DNA of 64,000 nt from contig JBNJNM010000011.1 in the NCBI GenBank assembly GCA_052426225.1, forward strand, positions 2,046,001-2,110,000, written 5' to 3'. The translations under genes were made by a program, and so were the position numbers. The notes under the pieces were generated by a model. That model did no database searches, was not told where the DNA came from, and saw only the letters and a list, made by a program, of their open reading frames with translations. This document shows positions 32,002 to 42,982 of the stretch, piece by piece (position 1 is the stretch's first letter; the number at the start of each line of letters is the position of its first letter). The DNA is from Zancudomyces culisetae HAW-14-8 (taxonomy: Eukaryota > Fungi > Kickxellomycota).

Positions 32002-33564
32002 TTACTTGTTGATTAGTAGCACAAGATTATGAGTTACTCCCATCATAAAAAAGAGCACTCCTGAGCTAGGCCCAGCCTTAATCAGCGACGGGCCAACCCC
32101 TCTAAACAGTCCAAGCACGCCTTCCTTTCGAACTATCTCCCTTCCCATCACAAACATTCCTCCCTTATACTCTGGTAACTCCCTGTTCCCAAACTTGGTC
32201 AGTTTTGAACATTGCACCTGCCTCCTTTTTCGAATCAGGTCTAGTGGGTATACCAAAAACTTGCTAATTGCCCCGGCAGCTCCTCCTACAATTGTTTGCT
32301 TGGCTATCGCATTTCCTTCCATTTCCTTCAAGTATTCACTGATAATATTGTAGCTGTAAAACATAAGCCCCATGTATGGAAACACCTGTGTCAATGCAGC
32401 AGGAAGTCCCTTGTAAAACCCCCGTACCCCTTCCTCTTTCAGTATCTCGCCTATTGCCGTTCTATACCCTTTGTACGCCTATATTTTCACGTGTTTACCC
32501 ATTCTACTACTTTTATCCCATAATTATATTTTGTAACCAATATCAATATTGCACTAATAATCAAATTACCCTATCCTCTAACCATTGTCCCGAAAACCTC
32601 GTCCGTAGCAGATCAAATGGATATGACACTATTGTTGCAAAACACCCTGCCACACCTCCTCCCAACAAATACTTTATTGTATCTCCCTTGATTTTCTACA
32701 AGTATTTTTTCGTCAAATATATTCACATTTCCTGTATTTTAGTCTTATAAAATCACCTTTACCACTCATATCCATAATACTCTAATATTCAATATACTCG
32801 AATTCATGGCGTATACTTACCCTTTTTTCGAATACTCTCTCTACCATGGATATTGAATAAAACTGTGCTGCTCCATACGTAGAATATAACATCGCTGCGG
32901 AGATATTTCCCTTATAGAATCCCTAAATTTAACAATGGTTTGTCAACATCAGTCTCGCTTTCTTTTGCTTGTAGACTTGAACTCCGTATATAGCATATAG
33001 CAATTCGTATTAGATACACTCAATTAATGCTTTTTTACCCTCATTCCCTCTTTTAGAAATATTTTACTGACGCATCTTGATATCCTGCTGTTTGAAATGC
33101 CTCCTATTGTCATTTTGCTGTTCTCAAGCTATATACATAGACATATATAATATATCTTCTTTGTTAGCTTTTATATACATGAAAATTGGTTGATTTTACG
33201 AATACAAACTATAGCAAAAGCGGGTATGTACGATATACATAATATGACTTTGCCGGTTGGCATATTTCCTTATTCTTAATAACTTGCCTGCATTGAGATT
33301 TTGACTACATCAAAAGGCCCAATAATCAGCCTATTATATATTTACCCTTTTAGTATTCTTCAACATATACTTTATTATATTTATTTAACGACCATACAGA
33401 CACAGCAACACACATATTTAATTGCAAACTAACCTTGTTGCCAGTCCGCTGATTGCTCCACACACTGCCTCTTCATTCAAGCTCAAAATTCGTTCGTTTT
33501 TGAAAAATCTTTGTAAAATACCCTTATGATTATCACCCATGTTGGATTTATTATTTATTTCCAT
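32002..33564 (-). CDS. TPC1: Mitochondrial carrier (SLC25), probably thiamine pyrophosphate carrier; multi-exon
   Basis: Three carrier repeats (PFDVVKI, YPFDLLRTRF, YPLDLIRKRRQ); KGNISAAMLYSTYGAAQF and QVFPYMGLMF are TPC1/SLC25A19-like. Confidence 0.8.
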
Positions 33565-34700
33565 TTCGTATCGGCTTTGTTCACTGCGCCATAAAAGCTT
33601 ACTATTACGATTATAATGAAAAGTTGTTATTCTTACGTTTTTTTTTACCAAGACATTTTTTCATGATTTGTACATCGTTTTTTAGTACCAAAAATCTTTC
33701 TGCGATTTTTTTTTTATTGTTTTTGTTCAAAATGGTTCTGAATTTTAAAAGCGGAAATTAAATATTAGCTTCAAATTCCGCAATGACCAACCCATTCAGG
33801 TAATGATGAATAAATTAATAATGGGCATTGAGCATGGTCAACTACACCGCTGATAATAAAAAGGGATTAGTAAGCTACCTCCTTCTAGAAGACAAGTGAT
33901 ATATTTTTGCATTCCAGCCCACTCCAACAACTCGAATAGCGGTAAATACAATTATTAACGATTATTCACCTAGCACTCCCGACATCCTTTCCCACCTTTA
34001 GACCCACCCTCCCTAAATACTTGTACCTTCACTATGTGTTTCTGCCTAATATAACAATTTTGGTTACTAAAGAAAAAAAAATGTAGAATCGATTTTTGAT
34101 CATCAACGGCTTTCACCCAAATTTTTAATTCATGTGGATTTAAATACTGGGTTAATGCAGATTGCTCCTAATTACACATTTACAAAACAATTCTAGAAAC
34201 CAATCGACTCTTTGTTCTAGCCTTTCTCTCTCCCCTCTTTTTTTCATTTTTTGATATCTGTAATTATTATTGATGTGCACAGAATATCCAAAAATGACAC
34301 TCATAATGCCATAGTGTATTGGTATCAGCGTATCATGAACCATAAACAAAACCACTGTTTACAACATATAGTATATCGACTACTAATAGCACCTCCAACC
34401 TGTATTCTCATACATGACATTTACTCACTTATACAGAGTACCCCCTCCCCCTCCCCTTCATTTTTACAACAAAAAAGTTTCGAAACCGATTTAACTACTT
34501 CTTTGTATATTTGCATAAAGACCCCTCTATCCTCAAATATATCTAATAGCCTCGCCTTGGCAGTATATTTGGTATAAATCAACACCAACCTCGTTAACCA
34601 ATTAACCTTGTCTAACAATTAAAAACAAAAACAATTTTATTGTTCATAAATCCAAATATACAAAACATAAATATAAAATAGCGCTAGGAATACGACAAAA

Positions 34701-34716
34701 GGGGGGGGGGGGGGGG
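34701..34716 (+). repeat. G16 homopolymer
   Basis: Seen directly. Confidence 0.9.
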
Positions 34717-34842
34717 TAGTGATAGTGGTAAAAGTAATCATAAATTTGATGGATTAATTAACAAACCTAAAAACAAAGAGACCAAGAAGGGCATTACTAA
34801 ACAACAGGTAAACAAAGTCGAGTGGATAAATGTACAGTTTAC

Positions 34843-37469
34843 TCACTTTTTCTGAACTGCAGATCCTATATGACAAGAGTTTACTTTAGAGGCAAACCGT
34901 AGTGAACATAATGTCTCTTGGCTAGAATCAGTCAATGGATTTACACATACAAACATTAGTGTCTTTGAACTTCCCGCGCCCAGACTTGGCATTAGCAGAT
35001 ATGTGAGCTTTGAGTTGCGGTAAGGGATATGTTTGTCCTTGCTGGCAATTGAAGCGATAACATCGCCCAAACAGCTAAGAGATTTGTTAATTGACTGAGT
35101 TTCTTTTAAACGGTCGCCGACTGCACCTGATTGTGTCAGTCTCTCGGATCCTGCCAAGTCAACCAAATTCAGCACTGAATTGCATGATTCTGATGTTTTT
35201 GAATTTGTTCCGCTGATGTACAAAGAGAATACTGAATGCGATCGCGATGAACGATCGTTACAAAGGGTGGAAGCCACCGAACGGTTCTTGGCAGCCTTAC
35301 GCAGGAGTGTGTTTACCATGTCAATAGATGTTACAGAGGCCTTTTCACAATCAGCAACATAGATCGAGCCATCCTGCGCCTGTTTTATATCTAGCTTGTT
35401 TTCCTTGCTTTTATTTGTGAGCAAGTCATAGATTTGTTCGTTATAAATCTCCAAAAACTGAGCTTTTAGTTCGTATTTCCATCCCTTTGGCTCCAACCGT
35501 ACTGTCTCGTTGTAAATCTGCTGCAAAGCTCTTGGGATAACGCCACTATTCTCAGCATTTCCCTCCATAGTATATGTTTTCCCGCTACCTGTCTGCCCAT
35601 AGGCAAAGATACACACCGAGTAGCCATCCAACGCCGACTGGACTAGCTGCTCAATCTCTTGATACACTTCCTCCTGCGTCGAGTTGGTATCAAAAACTTG
35701 ATCAAACTTGAACTGTGTTGTTTCTGCGAGGTCCTTTCCCATTGCGCTTTTTCTTTTTGTACAGACTTCCACACCATTCTTTTCACCGTTATTATCTGAA
35801 AATTGGATGCAAATATCGGCTTTCTCTTGTGAAGGTGCTGGTCGTGCTCTGCAGAAAACGCGGATATTTCCTTTGAGTTCCTGCACTGTATTATGCAACC
35901 TTCTCCTGAGTCTCTCCTCTTTCCTCAATGTCTCCTCCAGCTTGTCTTTTTTTTCCTGTATTTGATCAAGTACTGCCTGTAGCTCTGATATTTTTTGCTC
36001 TTTTTCATACATTTCGTCTTGTAATGTTTCTACTCGTTGCTTAAACTTTTTTATCTTGTCTCTGGATTGGGAAAATTCGTCCTATTGCAATAATAAACCG
36101 TAAAATGTTACTTGATTTTAGTATATATAAATATCACAATAGCTTACCTCTAGCTCATCAAATTTCCTTTTACTTTTTCGAACCTGTTCGCTATAGTTTT
36201 CAATCTCCTCTGCCTGCTCCTTTGAAGCTCTTTGTAGCTTTTTTACTTGTACCTCGAGTGACTCCACCTCCTCCTCATGCCTCACTTTTACTTCCTTTAG
36301 CATGATCACATTCTCTTGCATATCCTTTTCATGTTTCTCTCTTTGTTTCTGCAAACTTTCTTCGAGCTGCCTTCGATTTTCACACTCTCTTTTGTACTTT
36401 TCATCGTTGATCTTTGCCTCTAGCATCTTTTCCTCGACTAATATTATACAAATCAAATGTTTTTACATTTTCTTTCGAGTTACTTGTTGTATATATTCAC
36501 ATCAATATTTCAATTTACCTAAACTCAGGTATTTAGCCTTTTCGCTTATAGCTTCATCGAGCTTTTTCTTGTACTCTGCTACCTCGTTTTCCAGAAACTC
36601 AAATCGTTGCATCATCGCCTAAATTATTTCAATATGTATTGAGTATGGCCCATCACCTCCAGGTTTGGAGAAAGATTTTTTTATAATAATTTAAGGAAGT
36701 ACAAGCAGAAATTTTTGAAATTTGCCATCAACTTGTGTTAAATTAATCTTACCTCTTCTGAATATCCACCCACTCTGCTACTAGCAATATGGAGTCTATT
36801 CCTTTGTACAGCAGCCCCGGCAAGAGGTTTTGGTGTCCCTTGTATAAACCCAGATCTTCCTGCTACAACTGTCGATCGAGTTTTGCTAGTTTGTACCACA
36901 CGAGTATTATATCCTTGGTAACCATAGCTACGCACTGCGCCTGGAGTACTCAGATTGCTATACCCTGCGGGACTGTTGGGGGTGTATGCTTTGAATTTTC
37001 CTCTGGAAGATCGCCGCCTCGTGTTTTTGGCTTTCGCGTTCTGAGTATTAGTGGGATACCCTGTTTCCTGTTTTAATCGCCTTAGACCTATAAATAATAT
37101 ACTATATGGTTGGTTCTGTCCTTTTTATCCAACGAACTGTATAATACACTAGGAAAATCCTACCCATCAGATAGTTTCTTGTAATATTAAAAATAAAATA
37201 AACAAAACCAACTAACCATCCATATCACGCCAGCTTTTATCCACACTATCTGACTGATGTTCCTCCAGGTCGTTGATCCTTGCATTCCGGAGCTTTTTTC
37301 CCTCCTCACTCTGTGCGCCTCCTGTGGTTTTTGTCCAACTTCCATTTACAGCAGTATTTCTTCCGTTTTCTCTGGCTATGGTGTTTGGCTCTGCGTTATT
37401 ACGCAGATCATCCTCCCGTTTCGCGCACGTGGGATTGAACAATTCTGTTGGTGGTTTTAAAGATCGCAT
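34843..37469 (-). CDS. KAR3: Kinesin-14 (C-terminal motor), Kar3/KlpA-like; about 5 exons
   Basis: Coiled coil, then LHNTVQELKGNIRVFCR neck, IFAYGQTGSGKTYTM P-loop, NDRSSRSH, DLAGSER, HIPYRNSKLT, ETLCSLRFA. Confidence 0.93.
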
Positions 37470-38093
37470 TATCTATTTATATAATTTTTATTGTAGCGGT
37501 TGTCATAGTTCAAAAATATGTGCAAAGGTACATAAATATTAAGCTTCTTACATTTATTCTATCTAACCGTACCGTTTTAATTATTCGTACATTACCGGTT
37601 CTATTGTTTTATAATCCCGAAATTGCAAGCTTTGGTGTTTGACAATGTATTCTGCGTTTGCTATTTTAATTTCGTTATGTTACTTGACTTGTACCTTTAT
37701 TTTTATTTTTTGCAAATGATTTTTAAAATGTTAAAGAAATTACAGAAAAAATAAACAATCATTAACCAATAACGCTAAAGTAGTTGTTTACGGTAATATC
37801 CCATTTGTTTAGCACAAAAAAACTAGTTATTTTCAATACAAATTGAAGCTATAGTGATTTAAACAAAACAGTGCAAACCGTACCAGTGACTCTAAACTAT
37901 GGTTTAGTTAAATCCTATGTACCGTTTAGTGAATAAATATTTTACTATACACCTCTTCGAGTTAATATTGTGGGCATAAATATATATTTGGCTACCAAAT
38001 CAAAAACAAACCGAGAAAAATGTATTAAAACCGATGTTCGATCTTTTAATTTGGCAGAAATCGACAACAAAATGAAAAAAAATCAAAAAGAAA

Positions 38094-38167
38094 CGCTCCC
38101 AGCTAGGCTTGAACTAGCAACCTCCTGATTAACAGTCAGACGCGCTAACCAATTGCGCCATGGAAGC
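38094..38167 (-). tRNA. tRNA-Asn (GTT), intronless
   Basis: GCTTCCA TGGCGCAATTGGTTAGCGCG TCTGA CTGTTAA TCAGG AGGTT GCTAGTTCAAGCCTAGC TGGGAGC G; complete cloverleaf followed by a T-rich Pol III terminator. Confidence 0.96.
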
Positions 38168-38492
38168 TCGCTGAAAGTTTTGCTTTTTACATATATATAT
38201 AAGTGCAATTTTATAATTTGAGTATTAATTTTTGTGGTTGTATTTTTATTGTGTCTAGTCTCAAAGATACTCAAATTATAAACTCAAATTATATTTTTTT
38301 GAACCGTTTTATACTTGCAATTTCTTGATAAAGTATATTATGAGCCACTGTTATAGCTTTATTCATATATTATTAAAAACAATTAAAAAAAATTTTAAAA
38401 AAATGTGTAATATGAACTTGTGGACTATTTACAATTCCCTCTCAATGGTTTAAAGATATTTTATGTATATCGATTTTAATACAAAGCTAGAA

Positions 38493-38714
38493 CTAATAAA
38501 AACATCCTACTGTGCCTTGAGTATTTTTTTTGCAAAATTTTTTGGGATCACATGGAGATTCGACCCATACACCTTGTTTGCAGGATAAAAGAGAATGCAA
38601 TCCATTGCACTGCTTCTGTTCACTGGTACACGAGCTAGTTGTGCTAGCTGCGCTAGTTGCTAATAATAACATGGTTATACACATTGAGGATACAGTACGT
38701 TTGATAGTTTTCAT
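38493..38714 (-). CDS. Small secreted cysteine-rich protein, CBM19-like
   Basis: 73 aa; signal-peptide-like N-terminus; mature part C-x6-C-x8-C-x2-GxW-x4-C-x5-C-x9-C. Confidence 0.7.
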   Translation of the reverse strand: MKTIKRTVSSMCITMLLLATSAASTTSSCTSEQKQCNGLHSLLSCKQGVWVESPCDPKKFCKKNTQGTVGCFY

Positions 38715-39750
38715 TTTCCTACTTCTCTTTTCCTAGCCTCGTGTTTTTATTGTTTTTATTGTTTTTTTGTTTTTTTACTTGCTTACTGCTTAATTACAAG
38801 AGTTGTAAAAAGAAGAGTATTTATAAGACATGCTGGTGATATGAAAAGTGTACAAAAGTATTTTACTAGTCTAGTTGTAGTATATACAATTATAAGAATA
38901 CCAAATATAAATTCCAATTATTGACATCCGTCGTTATAGCCAATACCCTCAGTTTGATCTATAGATAGTGGCATATATTAATTCTGCAAATCCAACAACC
39001 GGATCATGTATTGCAGTTATTCTTATTTTTTTTATAATCAGACTTGATATATTAATTGCTGAGTTGGGATACTAAATATATTGAACACTCGCATCAACTT
39101 AATTTGTTATATTGTTTTACCAGGTAATTAATAATACTTACTAAACCTGCAAGAGTATCAATACATTTTTATATCACTTTTATTATTGGCTTTATTGAAA
39201 TAGTATACTTAATAAATAAACTAGATTTAAAGACTTCAAGCTTACATATTAGCTTCTGTAAAGGCTTAGATACCAGTTAATAACATGATTAAAGATCTCT
39301 ATTGGTTAGTTCCTTATAAGCACAAGCTCTTCAAGTATTTGCACCAACACAAGATGGTTTCTTTGTGGCATATGTATTAATTTGAGAAACGTACATTCTA
39401 GAAATATGATGAGACGGTTTGCTCACTTCCAGCATATAAATAGATATTCCATATTCAGATATATATGAACAATTCTGAAACTATCAGGATAAAAAGAAAA
39501 GGTGTTGGGTAGACATCCGTAAATTAATTTGGGAATAATCATATTGCTGTGGGTATAATTATTTCAGATCTAATCCCTTGGTAATAAAATATATATATAA
39601 TTAATGCAAATTCTCTATAAATATACTAATATTATAACGCAAATCTTTCTTTTTCAAAAAAAAAAAAAAAACAGAAAAAAAGAAAATAAACAAACAAACA
39701 AACAAAGGAAGGAAGAAACGTGAGTTGTATGAACAACATGTATAATGCCT

Positions 39751-40788
39751 TTATGCAGGAACCATTTCCTTGCTGGATACTGAACTTTTATCAGAAGACG
39801 CATCGTCCCTAATTTTGCGTCCAGGAATATTGTCCGGAACACTTGGAAGTTGATTCGCCACATGATCCGGTCGAGAAATTGGCACAGTATCGCGAGTATC
39901 AATCGTAGTTTGTCCAACTGCATCTAGTATGAGATTCTTATCTTTACTTGCATCTCCAAGCTGAAGTTTATTTGGTTTGATTTGCTGTTGCCGTTGCTGT
40001 CCTTGTTCTTGTTTCTGTTCTTGTTTCTGTTCTTGTTGTTGTTCGGCAATTAGTGAATCGAGTTCTTCAAGGACAGATTCTTGGTCGTGCGAACTTAGCG
40101 AAGAATTCAAGAGCAAACTGATTTCGTTTTGGTATTCGATGGCTTCTTGAGTCTCGTTGACCAAGTTTTCGACATCCTCTAGTCTCATCTCGCTGTTGAT
40201 TTGTTTTAGCAATTGATTTCCCTTTTTCAACCCTTCGAATACAGATTTTTGAACAGTCATGAATTCGATTGAATCGACCTAGCTCGACAAATAATAATAG
40301 TAGAGATTTTATAATAAACAGTATTTTCTGGAGAGAAAAAAAAAAGTAAAAAAAAAAGCGAGTATAAAGTATATAGTATAATCGACGTTACCATTTGATG
40401 TAGCGTTAATAGCTGGTTGTTAACATCTGCGAGTAGCTGCTCTTGGTATTTTTTCTTTTTCAGTGCCAAAAGAGCATTATTTCTCTGGCCTTTACTCAGA
40501 CATATCTTGGCAATCTCTTGTTCCCGCAAAAAGACCATATTTAACTACATTGCAAAGAGAGTTTTATATTTTTATCATTTTTATTTTTTCATTTTAATAA
40601 ATATTATAGAAATATATATATATATAATACATCAAAAAGTAGTAAAAAGACCAAAGAGAAATAGGAGTTTTGAGTAAAATATAAATTACCTTTTTCTGAT
40701 ATTGTTTCAGTTTATCTCGCTGAATTTTCAAGTCAAGTACAGCTCTATCTCTTTCAGTGATGGCATTCTTGCTTCCGGAAATCCCCAT
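39751..40788 (-). CDS. VPS20: ESCRT-III subunit Vps20/CHMP6, 3 exons
   Basis: Myristoylation-type MGISGSK, DRAVLDLKIQRDKLKQYQKK, ALLALKKKKYQEQLL, IEF..VQKSVFEGLKKGN, ETQEAIEYQNEI, LPSVP. Confidence 0.92.
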
Positions 40789-41554
40789 TATGAATAAGTA
40801 AAGTACCCGTCTATACACCAAAGACTATTAATATTACGTTGAAAGAACTCGGTTATGAGTTCGAAGGATGAGGGCAGGGGGAGAAGATATAAAGTTGCTT
40901 GGATTACTAGTTTTATAAATACAAGTTTGCAATATTACTATCCTGTTTCCAAAAAAAAAAAAAGAAAATCACGTTTTTTAAAAGAATTGTGTAACGGGTA
41001 AATACTTAATCATCAAACAATGTTTAATTTTGCGCCTTTTATTTTTATTTTTATTTTTATATTAATATTGATATTGATATTTATCTTTTTTTTGTTCCCA
41101 TTTAGCGATTTTTTGTAGTTTATTTGCTAACAGGAGAAAATCTCGGATATATGTTTCATTACAAACAACCCAACATTTCTTTATAATACGAGATTCTCCT
41201 GGGCCAATAAAACAAAGTTATAAATAAATCATGTGAAAAGTGTACATTTGTAAACTTGACAAATGGAAACCTTGGAATGGCCAAAAATAAAATGAATAAA
41301 CCCGGGAATAGAATGGACAAGCAGGGTTATAAGTATAAGAGTATTATATTAATACACAACGGATGAATACACTTGGTATAAAATATTAAGAGTAGTAAAG
41401 TCCAAATTAATAGGAAAAATGATATAAAAGTCTATACAAAACAAAGAATACCTCGTAATGAGTGTGAGTGTAAAGTGTGAGTGTGAGGTAGGTGGCAAAG
41501 TTGAGATGGTGAGGGAACGGCAGTAAAATGCCTTGTTAATATACTGATAAATAC

Positions 41555-42337
41555 TCAGAATTTCACAACTTTTCTCTTTTTGGGACCATCACCACGACTT
41601 GCTGAACCAGAACCAGAACCAGAACCCGATGCATCATTTCTACCGTCGTGGCCAGAGTTGTTTGGTAGATTAGATGCTCTATTGAGGCGATCAAAGACCT
41701 CATCGTCATCCGCACCTTGACCGGATCGAATAGTGCCAATTACATGATTTCCATTACTGCTTGTAATGGCAGACAAAGGATCTTCAACCCGCTTAGTCTT
41801 GCGCATGTTCTTTGGGTTTTGTTCACAGTCTCTGGCCAGATGTTCTTTACTGGAGCAGAATCCACACCCAGTACCACCATTTGGATAGATCCCATTGGCA
41901 GTGTTTTCTGGACACTTACTGGAAAGATGGCCTGTTTGGTTGCAGACAAAACAGGTTGCGAATTTGAATTCCTTGGTTAGTGCCGAGCAAGCCTTGGATG
42001 TATGTGAAGTATCACCGCAGTGGTAGCATAATACTCCGCCATTACTCTCCCCAGAGCCGTTTTTTTCGGTGCATTCCCTCAGTGTATGGCCCGATTTTCG
42101 ACATCCAAAACAAACCACATCTCTCATCAACATTTTTTTGTTGTTATGGTGGATATACCGCTTACCTCCACCAAATCGTCCTCGGTCATTGTTATCGGCA
42201 CCGAAGCTTCTGCCACCACCATTTTGGAATTTTCTTTTGGTTATTCCTCCAGCCGATTTCTTTTCGACAAGTTCTTTTCCCTCGAAATTTGAACTAGGTA
42301 GGTATGTTTTTTTGACTCTGGCAGTATATCTGGTCAT
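41555..42337 (-). CDS. CCHC zinc-knuckle protein, ZCCHC9-like
   Basis: MTRYTAR start; four knuckles (CFGCRKSGHTLREC, CYHCGDTSHTSKAC, CFVCNQTGHLSSKC, CGFCSSKEHLARDC); GIYPNGG, ADDD, terminal KVVKF. Confidence 0.85.
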   Translation of the reverse strand: MTRYTARVKKTYLPSSNFEGKELVEKKSAGGITKRKFQNGGGRSFGADNNDRGRFGGGKRYIHHNNKKMLMRDVVCFGCRKSGHTLRECTEKNGSGESNGGVLCYHCGDTSHTSKACSALTKEFKFATCFVCNQTGHLSSKCPENTANGIYPNGGTGCGFCSSKEHLARDCEQNPKNMRKTKRVEDPLSAITSSNGNHVIGTIRSGQGADDDEVFDRLNRASNLPNNSGHDGRNDASGSGSGSGSASRGDGPKKRKVVKF

Positions 42338-42552
42338 GTCTAATTCAATTTATTTATTTTTGTTTTGTCCTGTATATTATGGTATAGTTTATTATATATT
42401 ACAAGCAAAATGAATATGGATAAAGAATAAGAGTATCTCTAATAAACTTTGTGGTAAACTTTTTTTTCTTTTTTTTTCTCTTCAATAGTTTGATTTAAAG
42501 TGTTTATTGCTTTTGAACCATCAAAAACCAATAAAATGTGCACTAATAAACG

Positions 42553-42673
42553 TAAAAAAAAAATTTTTTTTTTCTGGTACTAGTGTATTTTTTGGTAAAC
42601 TGGAGTATATTTTCAAGTAAAACATTTTAATACTAGAAAAACAGTGATCAAAATAAAAAAAATTTTTTTTTTA
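42553..42673. promoter_or_regulatory. RRPE-like A/T palindromes in the ZCCHC9-like/BMS1 divergent promoter
   Basis: Two AAAAAAAA-TTTTTTTT tracts between the head-to-head genes. Confidence 0.45.
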
Positions 42674-42982
42674 CTACGAGGCAAAGTATAAATCCAAAGT
42701 CAAAAATAATAAAAAAGTAAATAAATATTAAAAAGGGGGGATATATAGGGATAAGTAGGTAGGTTTGGAAAAAAAAAGTGTAAATAGTATATGCTTGTAA
42801 GCTTGGTTGTATAAAACACACCATTAAAATAATAGAAAAAGAAAACCTTATAGATAAAAGTTGTGGTGACAAAACAGGTGTGTGTGCGTGTGTTTGTGTT
42901 GATAGAAAAGAAAAAAAGATAGCAAAAGGAACGAAATAGAATAAAAAGGGGGGGGAAGTGTGATATAAAAAAAAATAAAAGG

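Noticed and set aside
33803-33853. Possible C/D snoRNA (ATGATGA...CTGA) or SECIS-like hairpin
   Set aside because: Too short, no guide I can recognise, and no SECIS helix-2 pairing.
41491-41499. PACE/Rpn4 site GGTGGCAAA
   Set aside because: It lies just 3' of the zinc-knuckle gene and far from RPN10; probably chance.
41555-42337. Retroelement Gag (CCHC knuckles)
   Set aside because: No protease, RT, integrase or LTRs; the pattern matches cellular ZCCHC9-like proteins.
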